DNA of 64,000 bases, taken from Polyangiales bacterium (GTDB lineage Bacteria > Myxococcota_A > Polyangia > Polyangiales > Ga0077539). Made by a program: the position numbers and the translations under genes. Of the stretch, positions 7,952-16,842 are shown piece after piece; position 1 is the first letter of the stretch; each line of letters starts with the position of its first letter. The notes beneath the pieces are model-generated. The model was not told the DNA's origin, searched no databases, and saw nothing but the letters and a program-made list of their open reading frames with translations. Location: the NCBI GenBank assembly GCA_044229975.1, contig JBGARZ010000001.1:32001-96000 (forward strand). The letters run 5' to 3'.

Positions 7952-10195
7952 ATGCGAGTGATTCTCACCTTCACCAGCCGAGCTTCCTGGCTCGCCGGGG
8001 CCCTCGCATTCGCTCCGTCCGTCGCCTGGGCGCAGCCCGCACCGTCGCCGTCCGCATCGCCATCGCCGCCCGCCGACGATGACGACTCCGGCGAGGCCAT
8101 CGTGCGGGGCTCCTCCGCCCGCGCGATGGCGCGCATCCCCGGCGCGACCACCGTCATCAGCGAGCGCGAGATGCAGCGCACGCAGCCGCTCTCGGCCAAC
8201 GAGGCGCTGCGCCGCGTTCCCGGCGTCTACGTGCGCGACGAGGAGGGCATGGGCCTGCGCCCCAACATCTCCATCCGCGGCATGGACCCGACGCGCAGCC
8301 GCCGCGTGCTCGTCCTCGAAGACGGCATCCCCATCTCGCTCGCGCCCTACAGCGAACCCGAGATGTATTACAACCCGCCCGTCGAGCGGATGGGGCGCAT
8401 CGAGGTGATCCGCGGCTCGGGCAACGTGCTCTACGGACCGTCGACCGTCGGCGGCGTCATCAACTACGTCACGCCCGCGCCGCCCATGCGCGAGTCGTAC
8501 AGCCTCCGCACCACCGCGGGTGATCGCGGCTTCTTCATGGGCCAGATGACCTACGGCAACCGCGTCGGCAACGCGGGCTTCGTCGTGAGCGCGCTGCGCC
8601 GCCAGGGCGACGGCTTCCGCGGAATGGGCTTCGAGGTCACCGACGTCTACGGGAAGTTCGTGCTCCAACTTGGTCCGCGGCAGGAGCTGATGGCGCGCCT
8701 CGGCGTCTACAACGAGGGTTCCAACTCGACCTACCTCGGGCTCACGCAGTCCATGTACGAGCGCGACCCGCGGCAGAACCCCGTCCCCAACGACTTCTTC
8801 TCCGTGCAGCGTTTCAGCGGCGCGCTCTCCCACACGTGGACGCCCAACAGCACGTTTCAGCTCCGCACGCTGGCGTACGGGTACACCACCACGCGCAACT
8901 GGGACTTCCAGCGCTACGACCGCACGCCGATGGCCAACCCGAGCCTCCCCATCGCCGAGCAGCGACCCGGAACGCTCCTCTACGACCGCATCGTCGGCGA
9001 CCAGTCGACGCCCGGCGGCGCCATCTACCTGCGCGACGAGTCCCTCTCCGCCGACCGCGCCTATCAGGTCTACGGCTTCGAGCCGCGGCTGCGCGCGCGC
9101 TTCCGCACCGGCCCCTTCCGACACGACGTCGACCTCGGCGGACGCGTGCTCCACGAGAACTCCACGGTGCAGGTCATCCTCGGTCGCGGCGCCACCTCGC
9201 GCTCCGGCGACCTCGCCACGGAACAAGAACGCAACGGCACCGCCCTCGCCGCCTTCCTGCAAGAGCGATGGTTCATCACCGATCGGCTCAACCTTGTTCC
9301 GGGTGTGCGGGTCGAGAGCTACTTCTCGGAGGTGGTGCAGCGCCGCGACCTCGGCATGGACATCAACCGCACCTCCAACAGCCATTTCGTCGAGGTGATC
9401 CCCGGCGTGAGCGCGAGCTACCAGTGGCCCGCCGTCACGCTCTTCGGCGGCATGCACCGCGGGTACGCGCCGCCGCGCATCCTGCCGACCATCAACAGCT
9501 CGGCGCGTGACCAGCTCCTCGCGGCCGAGGAGAGCCTCAACTACGAGCTCGGGGCGCGCGTCTCGGTGGGCAACTGGCTGCGCGCCGAGGCCACCGGCTT
9601 CCTCATGGATTTCTCCAACGAGACCGTCCAGGTGTCGGGCGAGGACACGGAGTTCGCGTCCATCGGGCACACGCGGCACACGGGCGTCGAGGCCGCCGCG
9701 CAGGTCGACATCGGCCGCGCGCTGCACTCACGAACCAGCGTGTTCATCGGGCTGCGGTACACCTTCGTCGACGCGCGTGTGGTGGGCGATCGCACGGCCG
9801 CGGACGGCGTCACGCGCTTCGTCGACGGCAACACGGTGCCGTACGCGGTGCCGCACACGATGGTCACGAGCGTCGGCTTCGAGACCGCGTGGGGCCTCTC
9901 CGCGCAGGCGTCGTGGCTGTACGTGTCGCAACACTTCAGCGACGTGGACAACTCGCTCTTCCCCGCGGCCAACGGGCTCTTCGGGCCGATTCCCGCGTAC
10001 CAGACGGTCGACCTCGCGGCCCGCTACAACCACCGCCGCACGGGCCTCGGCGTGTCGCTCACGGTGAAGAACCTCCAGGGGTACTTCACCGACGAGCGCG
10101 GGATTCCCAACGTCTACATCGCCTCGCGCTCACCGCAGGGGATCTTCCCCGGAGGCTTCGGCCAGACCATGGTCGGCCTCCAGTGGAACCACTGA
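7952..10195 (+). CDS. TonB-dependent receptor, FecA-like
   Basis: Signal peptide; plug motifs EALRRVPGVYVRDEEG.GLRPNISIRG, VLVLEDGIP and RIEVIRG.G.VLYGP.TVGGVINYVT; barrel ending VGLQWNH. Confidence 0.93.
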   Translation: MRVILTFTSRASWLAGALAFAPSVAWAQPAPSPSASPSPPADDDDSGEAIVRGSSARAMARIPGATTVISEREMQRTQPLSANEALRRVPGVYVRDEEGMGLRPNISIRGMDPTRSRRVLVLEDGIPISLAPYSEPEMYYNPPVERMGRIEVIRGSGNVLYGPSTVGGVINYVTPAPPMRESYSLRTTAGDRGFFMGQMTYGNRVGNAGFVVSALRRQGDGFRGMGFEVTDVYGKFVLQLGPRQELMARLGVYNEGSNSTYLGLTQSMYERDPRQNPVPNDFFSVQRFSGALSHTWTPNSTFQLRTLAYGYTTTRNWDFQRYDRTPMANPSLPIAEQRPGTLLYDRIVGDQSTPGGAIYLRDESLSADRAYQVYGFEPRLRARFRTGPFRHDVDLGGRVLHENSTVQVILGRGATSRSGDLATEQERNGTALAAFLQERWFITDRLNLVPGVRVESYFSEVVQRRDLGMDINRTSNSHFVEVIPGVSASYQWPAVTLFGGMHRGYAPPRILPTINSSARDQLLAAEESLNYELGARVSVGNWLRAEATGFLMDFSNETVQVSGEDTEFASIGHTRHTGVEAAAQVDIGRALHSRTSVFIGLRYTFVDARVVGDRTAADGVTRFVDGNTVPYAVPHTMVTSVGFETAWGLSAQASWLYVSQHFSDVDNSLFPAANGLFGPIPAYQTVDLAARYNHRRTGLGVSLTVKNLQGYFTDERGIPNVYIASRSPQGIFPGGFGQTMVGLQWNH
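7953..7967. promoter_or_regulatory. Putative Fur box overlapping the TonB-dependent receptor start
   Basis: TGCGAGT-G-ATTCTCA, a 7-1-7 imperfect inverted repeat resembling TGAGAATnATTCTCA; TTGACC-N18-TATCCG lies just upstream (7908-7937). Confidence 0.5.
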
Positions 10196-10202
10196 CCGCG
10201 CG

Positions 10203-13139
10203 CTACAGCGTCGCGGCCACCGAGAGCACGTAGGACGTCATCGAGGGCGCCGGGGCCGCCGCCGTCGAGACGCCGTGCACGCAGACCGTGTACGTGCCCG
10301 CCGGGAGTCCGCCCGCGCCCGGAAACACCGTGCGTCGCGCGCCGTCGATGTTGGCGCAGTCGCCGGGGCCGTTCTTGTTGGCGACGAGTCGGATGGTGAC
10401 GCCGTCGGTGTCGTACAGCTCCATCGCGAGCTCGCCCGTCGCGAGGGGACAGCGCCCGTTGCCGTCGCTCGCGAAGGCCACGACGTTGCCGCCCGCGGGC
10501 ACCCGCACGGCCACGCAGTCCACGTCGTTGTACGGGAGCGCCCCGGCGACCGCGGTGGGCGCCGAGATCGCCCGCGACGCGACGAGCGCAGGCGTGTCGT
10601 TGCCCTCGACCTCGGCGGTCAGCGCGCCGCAGCGGCCGCGCACCACCGAGCTCGCGAGGCACGCCTGACCCGACGGGCAGAGGGTGGTGCCCACGAGGGG
10701 ATCGCAGTCGCCCGTGGTGACCGCCGCGCAGGTGCTCGGGGGCGTGAGCGAGCAGGTGAGCCCCGCGACGCAGGTGTTGCCAGCGCCGCAGCGCGCGCCC
10801 GCGACCGAGGCCGTGGCGCGGCACACGCCGTTGACGGTGTCGCCCGGGTTGGGAACGCAGGTGAGCCCCGCGGAGCAGTAGTGCGTGGGCCAGCGGCACG
10901 CCTCGCCGACGCCCACGCGGAAGATGCAGCGCCCGGCTCCCGTGTCGGTGGTGCACACCGCGCCGCCGTCGCAGCGCGTACCGCTCGCGCGGCAGTCGCC
11001 GCCCGCGACCCCGGTGCCGCCGCAGATTCCGTGGAAGGGGTCCGTCGGGTCGAAGCGGTAGCAGGTGCTGCCGGTGGCGCAGGCCGTCTGGAGCGAGCAG
11101 CTACCACCCGTGGTGGAGATCGTTCCGCAGACCTCGTCGCCCGACGGGGTGGTGAGGCAGGTCAAGCCGCTGTCGCAGCGTGTGCCGCTCGCGCGGCAGG
11201 TGCTCCCGTAGACGGTCCCGTCGGCGCGGCAGAGGCCCGAGATGGACTCCAGCGGGCCGACGCAGTGGTACCCCGTGGGGCACACGTTGCGGGTCGGATC
11301 ACACGCGCCGTTGGCGACCGACGGGATCATGCACTGCGTGACGCCGGTGCTCGTGATGACGCCGCACGCGAGGCCGGTGTCGCACTGCGGGGCGGCGCTT
11401 CGGCACGGGGAGCCGATGTCGCTGCCGGGCGCCACGCAGGTGCCGCGCGTGGTGCCGAAGATGATCGTGCGGCAGTAGTTGCCGCCGCTGCAGCGGTTGT
11501 AGTCGTCGCACGAGGCGCCGAGGCCGACGTCGCGGACGCAGACGTTGGCGGCGGCGCCGGTGGTGCCGCAGCTCAGGCCGACGTCGCACTGCGGGGAGGC
11601 CGTGCGGCACGTGGCGCCGACGCCGGTGCCCGCCGCGCGGCAGATGCCCGTCTCGCTGCCGGCCAGCGGGAGCGCGCAGGTCAGGCCGCTCGCGCAGCGG
11701 CCGGTGGCGCTGTCGGCGCGGCAGGTGGAGCCCGACGGGATGGTGTTGTCCTCGGTGATGGTGAGCTCGAAGGCGCCGCGGTCGAAGGTTCCGCTGGTGA
11801 GCGGCGAGTAGCCGCCGACGACGAGGTAGAGCGTGTAGCCGGCCGGGAGCGAGTCGATGTTGATGCGCGAGGTGAGCCCGCGCGTCGACGCGAGGTCGGG
11901 GTCGTCGTCGTTGCACGGGCTGGTGATCGACGCCGCGCAGCTCGCGGCGGCATAGAGCACCGTGTCGAGGCTGGCGCGCGTGCCTGGGTTGGAGGTGGTC
12001 ACCCGCAGCGTCGCGCTCATGGTGGTCGTGTAGCGGTAGATCACCTGGCCCGTGGAGCGCGGACACGACGCCGTCGCGTTGACGATGGGCGAGCGCGACG
12101 CGAGCACGCCGCCCGGGTTTTGCGTCGACCAGGCCGTGGTGTTGTCACCGAGGATGCGGAGCACGTTGCCCGTGCGGATGCCGACGCGCGCGGCGTCGAT
12201 CACCGAGAGCCCGGCGCACTGCTCGCCGCACACGCCGCCCGGCGGGCACTCGCACGCGCCCGCGGTGCAGCGCTCGCCCGAGGGGCACGATCGGTTGCAG
12301 CCGCCGCAGTGGGTCGCGTTGGTGGCGGTGTCGACGCACTGGCTCCCGCAGAGGGTGCCCGCGGTGCACGCGCAGGCGCCCGCGACGCAGGTCGACCCGA
12401 CGCCGCAGGGGTTGTCGCAGCGACCGCAGTGGGTGTTGGAGCTGGACACGTCGAGGCACACGCCGCCGCATCGCACCCGCGTGCCGTCACACTCGCAGCG
12501 CCCCGAACGACAGACCTCGCCCGCCGCGCACGTCGCGCCGTCGTCGACCGTTCCGTCGCAGTCGTCGTCGCGCCCGTTGCATGTCTCGACTGCACCCTGG
12601 AACACCGCCGGGTTGCCGTCGTCGCAGTCGTCGCCGCCGCAGACGCGCGGCGCGTGCATGTCACCGTCGCCGTCGAGCGGGCGCGCGACACAGATGCGCG
12701 TGGCGGGGTCGCAGCGCTCGCCGGTGGTGCACGGGTCGGTGTCGGCGCAGTCGAGGTCGCTGCCGCAGATGCGCGGAGGCACGTCCACCGCCGGAGGCAC
12801 GTCCACCACTGGAGGCACATCGACGGCAGGAGGAACATCGACGGCCGGAGGAACATCGGGCGTCACGACCACGTCCGGCGCCGCGGTGACATCGTCGGAG
12901 GAGACGACATCCACTCCGGGAACCACATCATCAGCAGGCGTCCCATCGACGGTGGGAGTGACGTCGACGGTCGGCATCGCGTCGATGGCCGGACCCACGT
13001 CCACGCCCTGCTTTCCGTCGAGCACCACTGCGACATCGGCCGCGTCGGCGGAGGCGTCGTTGGTGTTGAAGTTGCCGCCCAGCGAAGGCGAACAGGCAAC
13101 GACGGAGAGGAGCCCAAGCAGGAAAAGTGGCCGACCCAT
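10203..13139 (-). CDS. Large Cys-rich surface lipoprotein (MopE-like metal-binding motif, Stigmatella-type Cys repeats, PPC-like domains)
   Basis: Lipobox VVA-C, Asp/Pro stalk, DGDGD..DCDD.NP.V.QGA.E.CNGRDDDCDG, repeats of type C.D.....HCG.C...C, and EVEGNDT...D.D. Confidence 0.82.
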   Translation of the reverse strand: MGRPLFLLGLLSVVACSPSLGGNFNTNDASADAADVAVVLDGKQGVDVGPAIDAMPTVDVTPTVDGTPADDVVPGVDVVSSDDVTAAPDVVVTPDVPPAVDVPPAVDVPPVVDVPPAVDVPPRICGSDLDCADTDPCTTGERCDPATRICVARPLDGDGDMHAPRVCGGDDCDDGNPAVFQGAVETCNGRDDDCDGTVDDGATCAAGEVCRSGRCECDGTRVRCGGVCLDVSSSNTHCGRCDNPCGVGSTCVAGACACTAGTLCGSQCVDTATNATHCGGCNRSCPSGERCTAGACECPPGGVCGEQCAGLSVIDAARVGIRTGNVLRILGDNTTAWSTQNPGGVLASRSPIVNATASCPRSTGQVIYRYTTTMSATLRVTTSNPGTRASLDTVLYAAASCAASITSPCNDDDPDLASTRGLTSRINIDSLPAGYTLYLVVGGYSPLTSGTFDRGAFELTITEDNTIPSGSTCRADSATGRCASGLTCALPLAGSETGICRAAGTGVGATCRTASPQCDVGLSCGTTGAAANVCVRDVGLGASCDDYNRCSGGNYCRTIIFGTTRGTCVAPGSDIGSPCRSAAPQCDTGLACGVITSTGVTQCMIPSVANGACDPTRNVCPTGYHCVGPLESISGLCRADGTVYGSTCRASGTRCDSGLTCLTTPSGDEVCGTISTTGGSCSLQTACATGSTCYRFDPTDPFHGICGGTGVAGGDCRASGTRCDGGAVCTTDTGAGRCIFRVGVGEACRWPTHYCSAGLTCVPNPGDTVNGVCRATASVAGARCGAGNTCVAGLTCSLTPPSTCAAVTTGDCDPLVGTTLCPSGQACLASSVVRGRCGALTAEVEGNDTPALVASRAISAPTAVAGALPYNDVDCVAVRVPAGGNVVAFASDGNGRCPLATGELAMELYDTDGVTIRLVANKNGPGDCANIDGARRTVFPGAGGLPAGTYTVCVHGVSTAAAPAPSMTSYVLSVAATL
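12775..12858. repeat. 18-bp intragenic tandem repeat encoding DVPP(A/V)V
   Basis: About 4.5 copies of a GGAGG(C/A)AC(G/A)TC-containing 18-mer. Confidence 0.8.
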
Positions 13140-13234
13140 GATGCCTCGGACCATACAGGACATCGCGTGTCGACCGGGCGTCACCGATCGCCCACTTCTC
13201 GGCCCCGCCTGACCCGTGGGGCTACACTGCGACC

Positions 13235-13888
13235 GTGCTTCGCCTTCCTACGTTTGCGCTCGCCTTGCTCCTCGCCCCCGTGGCTTCTGGAGCGCAGGGA
13301 ACGATCCAGGCGCGCGACCCGCGACGACCCGCGCCGCTCGACCCGCCCCCTGAGTGTGAGCTGTGGCGAGGGCACATCGCGGGCAACGACCCCACGGCCG
13401 AAGCGACGCTCCAGCTCTGCACGGAGGGAGACAACGTCCACGGGGTGTTTCTGTGGTCGTCGCTGGAGAGCGGGTGGGACCGTCGGCGCTTCACCGGGCA
13501 GTGGCTCGAAGCCCGCCAACGGCTCGTGCTCAACGACACCGTCATGATGGAGAACCACCCGGCCAACGGCTGGAGGCTCTGCCTCGCCGACCGCTATGAC
13601 CTTCGCCGCGTCAACGACGGTGAGCTCACGGGGGAGTTCTGGTCGAACGCCTGCAACGACCACGGGTCGCTGCGCATCACGCGCGTCGGACCGACGGCGC
13701 CCCCTGACGCCGCGCCCGCCCTGCCCCTGAGCACGCCGACACCACCGCGCGCAACCACGCCCACGCGGCGGCGCGTGCTCGGATGCACCGCGACCCCGGC
13801 GGGTCAGACGTCAGGGTCGGCGTTGTGGGGGAGCTTGCTGGCGCTGGCCGCGCTCAGCCGCTGCCGAGGCTCGAAAGCCCGTAGATGA
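13235..13888 (+). CDS. Secreted protein with MYXO-CTERM-like C-terminal anchor
   Basis: Signal peptide, beta-rich domain, Pro/Thr linker, then GC.....hydrophobic segment and basic tail (LGCTATP...LWGSLLALAALSRCRGSKARR). Confidence 0.75.
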   Translation: MLRLPTFALALLLAPVASGAQGTIQARDPRRPAPLDPPPECELWRGHIAGNDPTAEATLQLCTEGDNVHGVFLWSSLESGWDRRRFTGQWLEARQRLVLNDTVMMENHPANGWRLCLADRYDLRRVNDGELTGEFWSNACNDHGSLRITRVGPTAPPDAAPALPLSTPTPPRATTPTRRRVLGCTATPAGQTSGSALWGSLLALAALSRCRGSKARR

Positions 13889-14018
13889 TCGAGATGGCGA
13901 TGACGAGGGTCACGACCAGGACGCCGACGAACTTCGGCCCCGACCACTCCTTGTCGTAGGCGCGCATGCGCTGGAAATCTTCGGACTCTTCGAGGTCGAC
14001 GGTGTGGCTGTCGGACAT
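13854..14018 (-). CDS. 54-aa single-pass membrane protein (below the ORF-track cutoff)
   Basis: Translated by hand: MSDSHTVDLEESEDFQRMRAYDKEWSGPKFVGVLVVTLVIAISIIYGLSSLGSG; host-like GC3 codons; GGAG upstream. Confidence 0.7.
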   Translation of the reverse strand: MSDSHTVDLEESEDFQRMRAYDKEWSGPKFVGVLVVTLVIAISIIYGLSSLGSG

Positions 14019-14067
14019 GGTCTTCGCTTCGCTCCGATCGCCCTTGTAGGCGCAACGCCGCGTCGAA

Positions 14068-15639
14068 TCAACCGGGCCGTGCGCCGCTCGCCGTGATGTG
14101 CTCGACCAGCGGCCCGTAGCCCTGGATCGCAGTGCGCTGGAGGTAGAGGCCCATGGCCCGCGCGCCGCCCAGCTCCTCGCCGCCGCCCGCGTGACCGGGG
14201 CCGCCGTGGACGAGTTGGGGGAGCACCGCGCCGGGGCCGATCCAGGCGCCTGCGACCTTGGCGTGCACCGCCGTCACGCGACCGTGATACGGCGCCGCGC
14301 CCATCACGACCTCGGACGCAAACGCCCGGTCTTCGCTGTACACCGAGGTGACCAGACCGCCGCCGCCGCGGCCCACCAGCGCCACGGCCTCCGCCGCGCC
14401 CTCGAAGGGAATCAGCGTCGCGCTCGGGCCGAAGACCTCCACCGAGTGCACGGCCTCGCCGCGCGCGTTGTCGTCGACGCGCAACAAGGTCGGCGCCACG
14501 AAGTACCCCTTGCCTGCCGCGACGCCTTCGCCGGTGATCCGATCGGGGCCGCCGCCCACGGCGCGCGCCCCCGACGCGATGAGCCGCTCCAAGCCCGCGC
14601 GCACGTGATCGAGCTGCGCCGCCGTTGCGACCGGACCCATGGTCACGCCGTCCACCTGGGGGTTGCCCACGCGCACCACGGCGAGGCGCTCCAGCACGTC
14701 TTCCTCCAGGTCGTCCATGCGCTCGCGCGGAACGAACACCCGACGGATCGCGGTGCACTTCTGCCCGGCCTTCTGGGTGATGTCGCGGGCGAGGTCGCTG
14801 ACCATGAGCGTCCAGGTGTCGTCACCGCGCTCGACGTCGGGGCCGAGCACGGCGCCGTTGAGGCTGTCGGCTTCGATGTTCACATGCGTTCCGCTCGCGA
14901 CGAGGTTGGGCCGCGCACGCAGGAGCGCACCGGTCTTCCCCGACCCCGTGAACGCGAACACGTCCTGCGGACCGAGGTGGGCGAGCAGGTCACCCGGGTT
15001 GCCGACCGAGAGCGAGAGAGCGCCGTCGGGCAGCGCGCCGGTCGCGAGGAGGAGCTCCATCGCGCGCGACGCGAGCCATGCGGTAGCGGGCGCGGGCTTG
15101 GCGAGCACCGGAACGCCCGCGAGCAACGCGACGGCGGCCTTCTCGGCGAGGCCCCACACGGGGAAGTTGAACGCGTTGACGTGCACCGCGACGCCGACGC
15201 GCGAGACGAGCACGTGCTGCGCGGTGACCTTGGACGAGCGCCCGAGGGAGATGGACGCGCCGTCGAGGAGCCAGCGTGCGTCGCCGAGTGATGCGCCGAG
15301 CTCGGCGTACCAGGTGAGCGTGCCAATGGCGCCGTCGACGTCGAACTTCGCGTCGGAGCGGGTGTTGCCGCCGTTGATCATGGCGATGTCGAGCAGCTCG
15401 TCGCGGTGCGCGTGGAGCGCTCCGGCCAGCGCCTTCAACATCGCGCCGCGCTGCGCAAAGGACATCTCGCGAAGGGCGGGGCCGCCCTTGGTGCGCGCGT
15501 GGGCGAGCGCTGCGGCGTAGTCGATGCCATCGGGTCGGAGCGAGGCGACGGCCTCCTCGGTCGACGGGTTGAGCAGGTCGACGCGATCACCCGAACCGTC
15601 GATCCACTGGCCTGCGAGGTAGCTCCGGACGTTCTCCAT
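14068..15639 (-). CDS. Aldehyde dehydrogenase of the PaaZ-N/BoxD (3,4-dehydroadipyl-CoA semialdehyde dehydrogenase) type
   Basis: AVHVNAFNFPVWG..EK, AFTGS, NIEADSLN, KAGQKCTAIRR (catalytic Cys), EVFGP and HGGPG.AGGGEELGG; no MaoC domain. Confidence 0.88.
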   Translation of the reverse strand: MENVRSYLAGQWIDGSGDRVDLLNPSTEEAVASLRPDGIDYAAALAHARTKGGPALREMSFAQRGAMLKALAGALHAHRDELLDIAMINGGNTRSDAKFDVDGAIGTLTWYAELGASLGDARWLLDGASISLGRSSKVTAQHVLVSRVGVAVHVNAFNFPVWGLAEKAAVALLAGVPVLAKPAPATAWLASRAMELLLATGALPDGALSLSVGNPGDLLAHLGPQDVFAFTGSGKTGALLRARPNLVASGTHVNIEADSLNGAVLGPDVERGDDTWTLMVSDLARDITQKAGQKCTAIRRVFVPRERMDDLEEDVLERLAVVRVGNPQVDGVTMGPVATAAQLDHVRAGLERLIASGARAVGGGPDRITGEGVAAGKGYFVAPTLLRVDDNARGEAVHSVEVFGPSATLIPFEGAAEAVALVGRGGGGLVTSVYSEDRAFASEVVMGAAPYHGRVTAVHAKVAGAWIGPGAVLPQLVHGGPGHAGGGEELGGARAMGLYLQRTAIQGYGPLVEHITASGARPG

Positions 15640-15681
15640 GGCGGCGCACGCTAGCGCCCCACGGACCGCGCGCGCAATCGA

Positions 15682-16842
15682 CTACGCCGCCGTGGTGCGC
15701 TCCTCGGTGAGCGTGAACCCGCGCTCGCGCAGCCGCTCGACGAAGCGCCCCGCGTCGACGGCGGACTCCAGGCGATGCGCGCCGGGTGCGATCTCCCCGG
15801 CGGCCATCATCAGGCACACGATGGACGCCGGAAACGCCGTGGTGCGCTCCATCGCGGTGAAGCCGGTGGCCTCGTCGTGGTCGTCGCGCAGGGAGAGGGT
15901 CAGCGTCTCGGTTCCGTTGGTGCACGTGATGCGGAGCAGGACGAGGTCGCGGTCGTCGGGAAACGCCAGCTTCGCCCGTGCGAGCGAGTGGAAGAGGGCG
16001 CGCGGGACGACGCCCTTGCCGAGCACGTCGATGGGTTCGAGGTCGAGGAGCCCGAGGTCCTTGAGCAGCTTCACCTTCGCGAAGTGACCGGCGTAGCGGA
16101 TGGTCTTGTAGTCGTACGAGTCGACCTTGCCCTCGAAGGTCCACGGACACGTCGAGGTTCCGCCCGACGTGGTGAACGCCTCCAGCGCGGGCATCCCCAC
16201 CCACGACACCTCTTCGAGCTCATCGAAGGTGTCGACCTCCACGCGCTTGCTGCCGCGCAGAAACACGGCCTTCCCGAAGTACTCGTTGGTCAGCCCCTCG
16301 ACCGAGAACACCAGCTTGTAGTCGAGCGGCGGCCGCGGCACCTGCGGCAATCCCCCGCACCGAACGCTCACCCGACGCGCCCCCGGCACACGCTCCATCG
16401 CGTACACCGCGATGGTGTTGCCCATCCCCGGCGCGAGCCCGAGGTCGGGGACGATGCTCACGCCGCGGGAGCGCGCCTCGGCGTCGAGCGCGAGCTCCTC
16501 CCACACCACGTCGGTGTTGCCACCGAGGTCGCCAAACGAGCTACCCGCCTCGATGGCCGACTTCGCCGCATCGAGGTTGAGGTAGTAGGGCAGGCCCGAG
16601 AGCGTCACGGCCACGCCCGCGAGCGCCGCCGTCACCGCCGTACGATCGCGCGCGTCGAGGGCCGCCCCCGTCGCCGCCTCTCGTCCGAGCAGGGCGTTGA
16701 TGCGCGCGGCGCCCGTCATGGCTCGCTCACCGTCGTGGTCGAAGAGGCGCACCCGTCCGCCGCCAAAGCGCGCCATGTCGTAGGCCGCCGCCGTGCCCTG
16801 CATCCCGGCGCCGAGCACCGCCATGTCTCTCGTCGTGGTCAT
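15682..16842 (-). CDS. Saccharopine dehydrogenase-family oxidoreductase (lysine 6-dehydrogenase-like)
   Basis: VLGAGMQG Rossmann motif, DLGGN, GLAPG, GGLPQ.P.PPLDYKLVFS.EGL.NEY, EAFTTSGG, YKTIRYAGH, TAMERTT. Confidence 0.88.
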   Translation of the reverse strand: MTTTRDMAVLGAGMQGTAAAYDMARFGGGRVRLFDHDGERAMTGAARINALLGREAATGAALDARDRTAVTAALAGVAVTLSGLPYYLNLDAAKSAIEAGSSFGDLGGNTDVVWEELALDAEARSRGVSIVPDLGLAPGMGNTIAVYAMERVPGARRVSVRCGGLPQVPRPPLDYKLVFSVEGLTNEYFGKAVFLRGSKRVEVDTFDELEEVSWVGMPALEAFTTSGGTSTCPWTFEGKVDSYDYKTIRYAGHFAKVKLLKDLGLLDLEPIDVLGKGVVPRALFHSLARAKLAFPDDRDLVLLRITCTNGTETLTLSLRDDHDEATGFTAMERTTAFPASIVCLMMAAGEIAPGAHRLESAVDAGRFVERLRERGFTLTEERTTAA

